This document shows, in pieces, positions 19,819 to 28,217 of a stretch of DNA of 64,000 nucleotides. Under the pieces are notes generated by a model, which was not told where the DNA came from, did not search any database, and saw nothing but the letters and a program-made list of their open reading frames with translations. This stretch comes from Chloroflexota bacterium (lineage in GTDB: Bacteria > Chloroflexota > Dehalococcoidia > CAUJGQ01). Position 1 is the first letter of the stretch, and each line of letters opens with the position of its first letter. The position numbers and the translations under genes are program-made. The DNA lies in assembly GCA_963170165.1 (NCBI GenBank), contig CAUJGQ010000128.1, positions 14,833-78,832 on the forward strand, in the 5' to 3' direction.

Positions 19819-21303
19819 TCAGCTCGCCGTGTCAATCTGGGCGCGCTGCAGACGTCCTGAGTAGTCGATGTAGATCGACTTCCACTCGGTATAGGTGTCC
19901 AGCGCCGCCTGTCCCGCCTCCCGATGACCGTTGCCGGTACCCCGGGTACCGCCGAAAGGTAGGTGCACCTCGGCGCCGATGGTGCCGGCATTGACATAAA
20001 CGATCCCGGTCGTGATGCCGTCAATCGCGCGAAATGCCTTGTCGATGTCGCGCGTGAAGATCGAACTCGAAAGGCCATATGGCACGCCGTTATTGATCGT
20101 GATCGCCTCGTCGAGGTCTCCGGCGCGGATCACCGAGGTCACCGGACCAAAGATCTCCTCGCGCGCCACGCGCATTTCTGGCCGTGCGTCGATCAGCACG
20201 GTCGGCTCGAAGTAATAGCCACCGGTGAGGTCCGTCGCGGGGGGGCGCCGCCCACCAGTCGCTACCCTGGCGCCCTCCGCCTGGCCGATGGGGATATAGG
20301 CGGCGATCTTGTCCAGTTGAGCCGGATTGATCACCGGCCCGACATCTGTGTTGGGATCGAGACCCGGCCCCAGGCGCAGTTTCTCCGTACGCTCCACTAG
20401 CCGCGTCTGGAACTCATCCAGTACGCCGCGCTGCACGATCAGCCGGCTGGCCGCGGTGCAGCGCTGGCCGGAGGTGCCGAAGGCGCTCCAGATCACGCCA
20501 TCGAGCGCCAGCGACACATCGGCGTCATCCAGCACGATGATGGCGTTCTTGCCGCCCATCTCCAGCGCCACGCCTTTGCCCAGCTCGGCGCAGCGGCGCG
20601 CCACTTCGGTGCCGACGGCATTGGAACCGGTGAAGGAGACGAACGAGATCAGCGGGTGCTCCACCACTGCCTTGCCGGTGTCCGGCCCGTCACCGAAGAC
20701 GACGTTCAGTACCCCCGGTGGCAGGCCGGCCTCCTCGAACAGCCGGGTGAGGTGCCAGGCCGTTTGGGGTGCATACTGCGAAGGCTTGAAGACGGCGGTG
20801 TTGCCGCTGATCAGGGCAGGCATCAGCTTCCAGGTAGGAATGGCCATTGGGAAGTTCCATGGGGTAATGGCGCCGATCACACCCTTCGGCTGGCGAACAG
20901 CCATCGCCCACTTGTTCGGCAACTCGGACGGTGTAGTGAAGCCGAACTGGCGCCGTCCCTCTCCGGCCATGTAGAGGGTCATGTCAATCCCCTCTTGCAC
21001 GTCGCCGGCGGCTTCCTTGAGCACCTTACCCATTTCGGTCGTCAGGGCGCGGGCCAGATCGTCCTTGCGCTCGCGCATCATGGCGGCTACGCGATACAGG
21101 ATTTCAGCACGCTGTGGCGCCGGTGTGGCGCGCCAGGACGGGAGCGCGCGGTTCGCCGCATCGGCCGCGGCTGCGACATCCTCCACGGATGAGTCGGGAA
21201 ACCGTCCGAGCGCTGCACCGCTGGCGGGGTTGTGGTTGGTGAACGTGTGGCCGCTGCGCGCCGAAACCCACTGCCCGTCGATGTAGTTCTGGAAGCTGTC
21301 CAT
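19819..21303 (-). CDS. NAD(P)-dependent aldehyde dehydrogenase
   Basis: ITPWNFP, FKPS, SFTGS, LEMGGKN, GQRCTA, EEIFGP, FGG. Confidence 0.95.
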   Translation of the reverse strand: MDSFQNYIDGQWVSARSGHTFTNHNPASGAALGRFPDSSVEDVAAAADAANRALPSWRATPAPQRAEILYRVAAMMRERKDDLARALTTEMGKVLKEAAGDVQEGIDMTLYMAGEGRRQFGFTTPSELPNKWAMAVRQPKGVIGAITPWNFPMAIPTWKLMPALISGNTAVFKPSQYAPQTAWHLTRLFEEAGLPPGVLNVVFGDGPDTGKAVVEHPLISFVSFTGSNAVGTEVARRCAELGKGVALEMGGKNAIIVLDDADVSLALDGVIWSAFGTSGQRCTAASRLIVQRGVLDEFQTRLVERTEKLRLGPGLDPNTDVGPVINPAQLDKIAAYIPIGQAEGARVATGGRRPPATDLTGGYYFEPTVLIDARPEMRVAREEIFGPVTSVIRAGDLDEAITINNGVPYGLSSSIFTRDIDKAFRAIDGITTGIVYVNAGTIGAEVHLPFGGTRGTGNGHREAGQAALDTYTEWKSIYIDYSGRLQRAQIDTAS

Positions 21304-21452
21304 CCGCCCTTCCCTCTCTGCAGCCCGCGCCCGCTGGTCGTGCGCCAGCGCTGTGGCGATGATAGCACCGCGCTCCAGCACCCCCGCGGGGGGGGCGGAT
21401 ACCGCACCGTCTGATTGGCAGCAGAAAGGGTAGGACAGTGGTGGGGTGGAGG

Positions 21453-21529
21453 TGGTCGGGGAGACAGGACTTGAACCTGCGACCCCCGCGTCCCAAACGC
21501 GGTGCTCTGCCGGGCTGAGCTACTCCCCG
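21453..21529 (-). tRNA. tRNA-Pro(TGG)
   Basis: CGGGGAG acceptor arm, anticodon arm CCGCG-TTTGGGA-CGCGG, GTTCAAGTC, CCA end. Confidence 0.95.
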
Positions 21530-21564
21530 TGACGCTGAGTATACCAGGCGGAAGGAGGCTGGCA

Positions 21565-22530
21565 CTAACTACCGGCGGCCGTTCGGAGCCGGTGGGTTGC
21601 TGCTGGTATGGAGCGGGCTGCGCCGACCAGGTTGCGCACATCCTCTTCGCCGCTGTCCTGCATCCAACGTTCTAGCCCGTTCAGCACCGTGAGCGGGGCG
21701 AGCGGATTGGTGAAGGTTGCGGTGCCCACCTGCACGGCCGTCGCACCGGCCATCAGGTACTCGACGGCGTCCTGGCCGGTCATCACCCCTCCAGAGGCGA
21801 TGATCGGGATGGCCACGGCCCCGGCCACCTGGTACACCTGCCGCAGGATGACGGGTTTCACCGCTGGTCCGGAGAGCCCGCCGAAGCCGCGTCCCAGCAC
21901 GGGCCGCCGGGTGTGGGTGTCAATCGCCATGCCCAGAAGCGTGTTGGCCACACAGACGGCATCCGCGCCGGCCGACTCCACCGCGCGGGCGATGCTGGCG
22001 ATATCGGTGACGTTCGGCGTGAGTTTCACGATCACCGGCAGTTGGGTGGCGCGCAGACACACGGCGGTCACTTCCGCGGCGGCGTCGCAGTCGACACCGT
22101 ACTCCATGCCGCCCAGTTCGAGGTTGGGGCAGGAGATATTCAGCTCCAGCGCGGCCACGCCGGGCACACCATCGAGCGTGCGGGCCAGTTCAGCGTATTC
22201 GCCGGGGGTATCGCCCAGGATGTTCACGGCGACCGGCACGCGCCAGGACGCCCACACCGGTGCCACCTGCTCGACGAGAGCCCGGACGCCAATGTTCTGA
22301 AAGCCGATGGAGTTGAGCATCCCGGCAGCGGTTTCGGCTGTGCGGAACTGGGCGTTGCCCTTGCGCGGCCGAAGGGTCGTGCCTTTGCTGACGATGCCGC
22401 CGAGGCGGTCGGTGTCGAAGACCTTGCGGTACTCGATGCCGTTGGAGAACGTGCCGGAGGCGGTCATCACCGGGTTGATCAGCGTCAGGCCGAACTTGCG
22501 CTGAGGGGCGAGGTCCACAGACAGGCGCAT
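21565..22530 (-). CDS. pyrD: Dihydroorotate dehydrogenase class 1B catalytic subunit
   Basis: NPVMTASGTF, GMLNSIGFQN, ELNISCPN, VKLTPNV, GGLSGPAVKP, GATAVQVGT. Confidence 0.95.
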   Translation of the reverse strand: MRLSVDLAPQRKFGLTLINPVMTASGTFSNGIEYRKVFDTDRLGGIVSKGTTLRPRKGNAQFRTAETAAGMLNSIGFQNIGVRALVEQVAPVWASWRVPVAVNILGDTPGEYAELARTLDGVPGVAALELNISCPNLELGGMEYGVDCDAAAEVTAVCLRATQLPVIVKLTPNVTDIASIARAVESAGADAVCVANTLLGMAIDTHTRRPVLGRGFGGLSGPAVKPVILRQVYQVAGAVAIPIIASGGVMTGQDAVEYLMAGATAVQVGTATFTNPLAPLTVLNGLERWMQDSGEEDVRNLVGAARSIPAATHRLRTAAGS

Positions 22531-22624
22531 GGCTCGCGCTCCGAGGTATAGCGTGCAGGCCGGACAGACGGCGAGGGCGCCGGGTTGAGCGCCCTCGATA
22601 CCCGCCGATGTGACGAGGCGGCCA

Positions 22625-22915
22625 CTAGGCAACGTCCGCCGACCGGCCGAGCAGGTCACGCAGGTTGGCCCGCGGCCGTTCGGCCTCGGTGGCGACCGCC
22701 TCCTGGCCCTGGGCTTTGCGCCGCCAACGGCCAAAGCCGCTCTCGCCGTGGTCGTTATCCCACACGGATTCGTTGGTGGAGTTCGGGAACTCGCGTTCGG
22801 CGCCGCATCGCTTGCAGATCCCCTGGCTGGTGGCGCCGTTCGGCGATGCGATGCGCCAGTGATGCTGGCACTCGGTGGCGGTCTGCGCGGTCTCGAGCAT
22901 GTTCGTATCACTCAT
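22625..22915 (-). CDS. Small hypothetical protein with C-x-H-H-W...CxxC metal-binding motif
   Basis: ECQHHWRIASPNGATSQGICKRCGAEREFPNS; GGAGG upstream; own promoter. Confidence 0.7.
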   Translation of the reverse strand: MSDTNMLETAQTATECQHHWRIASPNGATSQGICKRCGAEREFPNSTNESVWDNDHGESGFGRWRRKAQGQEAVATEAERPRANLRDLLGRSADVA

Positions 22916-23061
22916 CGGTGAGATCTTGCCTCCCGGGGGTCCGCTGTGATCTGGTCCGTACACCGGTTGGGGTACGCAGCAACTACGGCCCGGAGCGGAG
23001 GCCGTTTCGCAGGCAGTGGGCGGGCCGGGTTGGCGCCGCTGCCGATACCCCTGGAATGTTA

Positions 23062-23090
23062 ACGCTAGCACCAGCGGTCTGACTTGTCAA
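23062..23090 (-). promoter_or_regulatory. Sigma70-type promoter TTGACA-N17-TAGCGT
   Basis: Minus strand TTGACA at 23090-23085 and TAGCGT at 23067-23062, about 140 nt upstream of the small Cys/His gene. Confidence 0.65.
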
Positions 23091-23411
23091 GATTTCTTGC
23101 AGTTACGCCGGTGTTAGTGCCGACATCTCGCACGATATCCCTCAACTTGCCATGATTGTCCTGTTATGACGGCAATGCGAGTGCGTTTCGGACTGAAGTC
23201 CGTCGACGCATCACGATTATCATCCAACCGAGTGTGCCAACGGCGCATGGCGCAGTTGCGGTCCCACCGGCTGACACTTGCACGCTGTTCGCTTGCGCAG
23301 CTGACTTGTACACTGCAGGTGGAAGCGGCTAGGGTCGCCGTCTCTCGCCCGTCTGGCCCGCACCGAGATCATCACTTCCCACCGGCCTTCGCCGGCATCG
23401 AGGTTACTTTC

Positions 23412-24494
23412 ATGGCCCTTCTTGCGGATGGTGCCGCAACGACTGCTCTTCACTCCGCCATCATTGATGCCCTGCGTGCCGTAAACGATCCGGAACTTCA
23501 CCGCGACGTCATCACCCTCAATATGATCCATGACCTCGCCATCCGCGACGGCGACGTCTCGCTCAGGCTTGTGCTGACGACGCCGGCCTGCCCCGTGCGC
23601 CGCGACTTCCAGGAGATGGTAGAAGCGGCGGTGCAGGCTGTACCCGGGGTGCGTAGTGTCCGCGTAGTGCTCGGGGCCGAAGTGCGTGGCTCGGGCCCGG
23701 TGCAGGGCAAGAAGGCGGTGGAAGGCGTCCGCAACGTGATCGCGGTTGCGTCGAACAAGGGCGGCGTCGGTAAGTCGACCGTAGCCGTGAACCTGGCGGT
23801 GGCGCTGGCGCGGCTGGGCGCGCGCGTGGGTCTGGTCGATGCGGATATCACCGGTCCCAACATCCCAACGATGATGGGGTTTGAGCCAGGTTTCCAGGCA
23901 CAAGAACGCGGTCTGCGGGTTCAAGACGCTTACGGTGTGCGGGTGGCGTCGCTGGGGTTCTTGCTACCGAAGGGTACGCCAGTGGTGTGGCGCGGCCCCA
24001 TGATCGGCACCGGCGTGCGCCAGTTGCTCCATGATCTGCAATGGGGCGAGCTGGATTACCTGGTTGTTGACCTTCCGCCTGGTACCTCGGATGCGTCCAT
24101 GAGCTTGGCGCAGGAGACCCCGCTGGCCGGCGCGGTGATCGTCTCGACGCCGCAGGAGGTGGCGCTGGAGGATGCCACCAAGGCTGTGACGATGTTTGAG
24201 AAGCTGTCTGTCCCCGTGTTCGGTATTGTCGAGAACATGAGCTACTTCGTCTGCCCTGACTGCAGCAGCCGCCATGAGATCTTTGGCCATGGCGGCGCGC
24301 GGGAGGCGGCAGAGGAACTGGGAATCGACTTCCTCGGCGAGATCCCGCTGGATACGCGCGTGCGCTCGGGAGGCGATGCCGGCAAGCCGGTGGTCGCCGT
24401 GGCCCCAGACTCCCCGGCGGCGCAGTCGTTGATCGCGGTGGCCGAGCGCGTGGCGGCAAAGTTGAGCGTACTGCAGTACGCGGGAGCCATGTAG
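23412..24494 (+). CDS. mrp: Mrp/ApbC/NBP35 Fe-S cluster carrier ATPase with N-terminal DUF59
   Basis: VNDPEL...LTTPACP; ASNKGGVGKST, DADITGPN, VVWRGP, VDLPPGT, VENMSYFVCPDC. Confidence 0.95.
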   Translation: MALLADGAATTALHSAIIDALRAVNDPELHRDVITLNMIHDLAIRDGDVSLRLVLTTPACPVRRDFQEMVEAAVQAVPGVRSVRVVLGAEVRGSGPVQGKKAVEGVRNVIAVASNKGGVGKSTVAVNLAVALARLGARVGLVDADITGPNIPTMMGFEPGFQAQERGLRVQDAYGVRVASLGFLLPKGTPVVWRGPMIGTGVRQLLHDLQWGELDYLVVDLPPGTSDASMSLAQETPLAGAVIVSTPQEVALEDATKAVTMFEKLSVPVFGIVENMSYFVCPDCSSRHEIFGHGGAREAAEELGIDFLGEIPLDTRVRSGGDAGKPVVAVAPDSPAAQSLIAVAERVAAKLSVLQYAGAM

Positions 24495-25726
24495 TGCCAC
24501 GGTATTACCTGAGGAAGCTCCGTCAGGAGCATGGCATTGCCTCCACCAACGGGGTGGAAGCAGCCTTTTACACGGGCCACTCCGCAAGCACGACGCTGCT
24601 GGAGCGGCCCGTTGACGTGGACGCCATCGCCATCGCTGCGGTGATGACGCCAGACGTGGCCACCATTACCGGTGTGCTGCCTGACGCGCTGGAGACACCG
24701 GCAGCCGGCATCGGTGACGGTGATGCGGCCGGTGCGCGACGGCGACGGCGACGGGGCCGGCGGGGTCGTGGTGGTGTAGCTGCCGATGGCCAGAGCCCGG
24801 AGCCGGTGGTCGCCGCTGAGGAATTCGGCGTACTGCCGGGCGAGCCGGGCTTGCCTCCGGAACTGGTCACCTATGACGAGAGCTTCGTGCCGGACATGCC
24901 GCCATCGTCGCACCTGGCGGCGATGGTGCAGAGCGGTGGTCTGGTGTTGCCTGACCGCCGGCGGCGGCGGCGAAGAGGTAGCACGGATGGGGTCACCGCC
25001 GAACCGCCGCCGGCCGCTCCCGCCCGCTTGCCGGAGGCGCCGGCGGCCCGTGCCGGCGGTGGTGTCCGCGACCGGCTGACGGTCACCGATGAGCAAGTGG
25101 TACGCCAGACATTGCTGCTGGACCAACTTCTACAGCGGCAGACTGCCATGCTTAAGGCCATCGAGCGCATGATGCAGGTGGTTGAGCGACGCGGCGGCAT
25201 GGGAGGCGGAAGCGGTGGCTCCTACACGGCGTCGCCGCGTGTGGCGGTGTTCGTCGATGTGCCGAACATCGTCTATGCGGCTGAGCGCATTGGTGTGTGG
25301 CTGGATTGGGGAAAGATCCTCGCGTATCTCACTCGAGACCGCCAGCTCGTTCGGGCGACGGCGTACGCACCGGTAAGTGACGATCCCCACCAGCGCATCG
25401 AGTCGCAGAAGTTCGTCCAACCGTTCTACAACCTGCCGTACCGGATCCTGACCAAGCCGCTCAAGCGGTTTGGCAATGGTGAGATCAAAGCCAACTTCGA
25501 TGTCGAGCTGGCGATTGACGCCATCACCATGGCCGACCGGCTCGACATCATCTGTCTCGTGTCCGGTGACGGTGACTTCCGGCGGATGGTAGAAATCGTT
25601 CAGGCCAAGGGCGTGCGGGTAGAGGTGATAGCCTTTAGCTCTTCCACAGCCGGCGACCTGCGGACCGTATGTGATGATTACCTGGACATTAGCCAGCACC
25701 TGCACGAATTTGCGGTGACCCGCTGA
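24494..25726 (+). CDS. NYN (LabA/DUF88) PIN-like nuclease with long Arg-rich N-terminal extension
   Basis: C-terminal VFVDVPNI, KANFDVELAIDA, LVSGDGDF, GVRVEV; GTG start overlaps the mrp stop codon. Confidence 0.85.
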   Translation: MPRYYLRKLRQEHGIASTNGVEAAFYTGHSASTTLLERPVDVDAIAIAAVMTPDVATITGVLPDALETPAAGIGDGDAAGARRRRRRGRRGRGGVAADGQSPEPVVAAEEFGVLPGEPGLPPELVTYDESFVPDMPPSSHLAAMVQSGGLVLPDRRRRRRRGSTDGVTAEPPPAAPARLPEAPAARAGGGVRDRLTVTDEQVVRQTLLLDQLLQRQTAMLKAIERMMQVVERRGGMGGGSGGSYTASPRVAVFVDVPNIVYAAERIGVWLDWGKILAYLTRDRQLVRATAYAPVSDDPHQRIESQKFVQPFYNLPYRILTKPLKRFGNGEIKANFDVELAIDAITMADRLDIICLVSGDGDFRRMVEIVQAKGVRVEVIAFSSSTAGDLRTVCDDYLDISQHLHEFAVTR

Positions 25727-25770
25727 GCAACGCGACGGGCATTGGCTCGGCCGTGTCTCCCTAGCGCCGG

Positions 25771-26565
25771 CTACTTGCCGTGCCGGCGCTGGCGTTGCTG
25801 GTACGAACGGATCGCCCGCAGGAAGTCGATGTGGCGAAATGCGGGCCAGTAGGCATCGCAGAAGTAGTACTCGGCGTAGGCGGACTGCCAGAGCAGGAAC
25901 CCTGACAGCCGGACTTCGCCCGAGGTGCGGATGATGAGGTCTGGATCGGGCGTTTGCTCGGTGTAGAGATAGCGCCCGATTTCTTCCGGCTCCAAGCCGG
26001 CCGCAATCCCCTCCAGTGAGTCCCCACGCGTGAGCCGGTCAGCGATCAGCCGCCGGACCGCATCGGTGATCTCCTCGCGGCCACCGTAGGGCACAGCGAT
26101 GTTGAGCTGATAGCCTTGGTAGCTGCTGGTCTCCTCCTCGGCCCGGGCGATGATCTGGCGGGTGGACTCGGGCAGCAGCTCCAGCCGGCCGACGACTTTG
26201 ATGCGGCGCGGGAGGCGTACCTGCCGCTGCAGGGCGGCCAGCCCGGTAATCGTCTCCTCGATGATGCCCATCAGTGGCACCAACTCATCCGGATCGCGGC
26301 TGAGATTGTCGGTGGACAGAGCCCACATCGTTACGACGGGAATCCGCAGCTCCTCGCACCAGCCGAGCACCTCAGTCACCTTGTTGGCGCCGGCCTGGTG
26401 GCCATGCTTGACATGGCCGAGGCCGTGGCGGCGGGCAAACCGGCGGTTGCCATCAACAATCAGGGCAAGGTGGTGGGGAACGGGGCGGTGGCGCACCCAA
26501 TGGGAGAGCCGCTGCTCGTACACACGGTAGATGGGGTCCTTGATCATCGCCGGGATGATCTCCAT
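25771..26565 (-). CDS. uppS: cis-Prenyltransferase (UppS family, short-chain Rv1086-like)
   Basis: HLALIVDGNRRFA, LSTDNLSR, VPYGGREEI, PDPDLIIRTSGEVRLSGFLLWQSAY. Confidence 0.92.
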   Translation of the reverse strand: MEIIPAMIKDPIYRVYEQRLSHWVRHRPVPHHLALIVDGNRRFARRHGLGHVKHGHQAGANKVTEVLGWCEELRIPVVTMWALSTDNLSRDPDELVPLMGIIEETITGLAALQRQVRLPRRIKVVGRLELLPESTRQIIARAEEETSSYQGYQLNIAVPYGGREEITDAVRRLIADRLTRGDSLEGIAAGLEPEEIGRYLYTEQTPDPDLIIRTSGEVRLSGFLLWQSAYAEYYFCDAYWPAFRHIDFLRAIRSYQQRQRRHGK

Positions 26566-26635
26566 CAATGCACCTCGTGGCCGCCGGGTTCAGACGGGCG
26601 GGGATCGCTTCTCAGCGTAGCGCACGCAGGGTTGG

Positions 26636-27430
26636 CTATGGCGGCGGTGGCGAGGTTTCCGCTGCGATTCGCTGCCGCGCAATGCCGGCGTAATGCTCGT
26701 CCGCTTCAATCAGCAGCCAGCGACGCTGCCGCCGTGTGGCCGCGACACCCGTTGTGCCGGCGCCAGCAAACGGGTCCAGGATGACATCCCCTGGATCGCT
26801 GGCCAGGTCGATCAACCGTTCCATCAGCGCCAGCGGCTTCTGCGCCGGATGTCTTCCGTGACGCTTCTCCGAGCGGGGCGTTACGGGGAACTCCCACAGG
26901 TTGCGCATCTGCCGCCCGCCGTTCAACTCCTTGGCGCGCTGGTAGTTGAAGATCCACCTGCGCGCCCGCTCGGGTGTCTCGTTGACCGCCCAGATCAACT
27001 GCTCGGTGCTCTCCGTCAGCATCCGAGCCGTGATGTTGGGCTGGGCATTGGGTTTGAAGTGAATGATTGAGTTGAGCAACCGCCGGTTGAGCGCGCCCTG
27101 CAGAATGGAGCCTAGCTGATAGATGTTGTGGAATGTGCCAAAGACGATCACATTGCCGTTCGGGCGCACCACGCGACAAACCTCAGTCAGCCAGGCAAGG
27201 TTGAAGGCGAAGAACTCGTCTGCCGAGAACCGATCCCAAGCTTCTTGCATGGTGACATGCGTTGAGAACGCCCAGCCCAGCCCACGAGACTTCGACATGT
27301 TGAACGGCGGGTCGGCAATACACAGGTCAACGCAGCCGTCGGGCCAGCTCCGCATGACTTCGATGCAATCGCCCACAATCAGCGCAGGGCTGGCCGGCGG
27401 CCCGGGGAAACCGGAGCGACACTCGTCCAT
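26636..27430 (-). CDS. Orphan amino (N6-A/N4-C) DNA methyltransferase, beta class, DpnA/CcrM-like
   Basis: Motif IV IADPPF before motif I LDPFAGAGTT; GTFHNIY, HPAQKP. Confidence 0.9.
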   Translation of the reverse strand: MDECRSGFPGPPASPALIVGDCIEVMRSWPDGCVDLCIADPPFNMSKSRGLGWAFSTHVTMQEAWDRFSADEFFAFNLAWLTEVCRVVRPNGNVIVFGTFHNIYQLGSILQGALNRRLLNSIIHFKPNAQPNITARMLTESTEQLIWAVNETPERARRWIFNYQRAKELNGGRQMRNLWEFPVTPRSEKRHGRHPAQKPLALMERLIDLASDPGDVILDPFAGAGTTGVAATRRQRRWLLIEADEHYAGIARQRIAAETSPPPP

Positions 27431-27440
27431 GCGCTCCCCT

Positions 27441-28217
27441 TCAGGCGTAGACATCGCGCAGCTCGAAGCGAGGTCCGTCCTTACAGATCAGCTTCATGCC
27501 ATGCCGGCGTGTCTCCACGGCGCAGGAGTAGCAGATGCCGGTGCCGCAGGCCATCCGCTGCTCCAGCAGCACCTGGCAGGACTTGCGGTACTGGACAGCG
27601 CGCAGCGGCGCCGTCATCGCCTGGAACATCGGTGCTGGCCCGCAGGCAAAGATCTGATCGGACCATGGTGCGAAGCGCGGCAGTAGTTGGGTGACGAAGC
27701 CATGGTGACCAGCAGAACCGTCATCGGTAGCCGTGACTAGCTCTACCTCGGGCGGCAGGAGAAGCGCCGGATACAGATAGGCGGCGGAACGGGCGCCCAG
27801 CAGCAGCGTGATACTGCGCCCGCGGGCGACCTCCTCGTCTGCCAGCCACACCAGCGGCGCGACACCGATGCCCCCGCCAACCAGCAGCAGGTTGGTGCTG
27901 GCGCTGCGGACGGTGAAGCCGTGGCCGAGTGGCCCGAACAACGCCACCGTGTCGCCCGCCACACGGCGGGATAGCCAGTCCGTACCGCGACCAACCACTT
28001 CGAGCAACAGGCCCAGTTCCGGGCCGCCATCGCCATCGCGCACCCGGTAGATCGAGAGCGCCCGCGGCAAGAGTGGATCATAGCCCTCACCGCAACGCAG
28101 CATCACGAACTGGCCAGGGCGGGCACGGCGGGCAATCTCCGGCGCTTCCAGCCACAATACGAACGTATCGCGATAGAGTGACCGGCACTCAAGGACGCGG
28201 GCTGTGACCTGCTTCAC
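27441..28217 (-). CDS. pyrK: Dihydroorotate dehydrogenase electron transfer subunit
   Basis: [33 protein letters not shown], [2Fe-2S] motif [11 protein letters not shown]...CKDGP. Confidence 0.93.
   Translation of the reverse strand: MKQVTARVLECRSLYRDTFVLWLEAPEIARRARPGQFVMLRCGEGYDPLLPRALSIYRVRDGDGGPELGLLLEVVGRGTDWLSRRVAGDTVALFGPLGHGFTVRSASTNLLLVGGGIGVAPLVWLADEEVARGRSITLLLGARSAAYLYPALLLPPEVELVTATDDGSAGHHGFVTQLLPRFAPWSDQIFACGPAPMFQAMTAPLRAVQYRKSCQVLLEQRMACGTGICYSCAVETRRHGMKLICKDGPRFELRDVYA

Noticed and set aside
21388-21395. G8 homopolymer upstream of the aldehyde dehydrogenase
   Set aside because: It lies outside the likely CDS (start 21303), and eight G are unremarkable at this GC content, so there is no support for phase variation.
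21565-22911. 448-aa pyrD with an N-terminal extension
   Set aside because: The extension overlaps the small Cys/His gene in another frame; PyrD homology begins at 22530.
23166-23411. Long N-terminal extension of Mrp in the ORF track
   Set aside because: No similarity to Mrp before ATG 23412; more likely promoter or UTR sequence. No known RNA motif was recognised.
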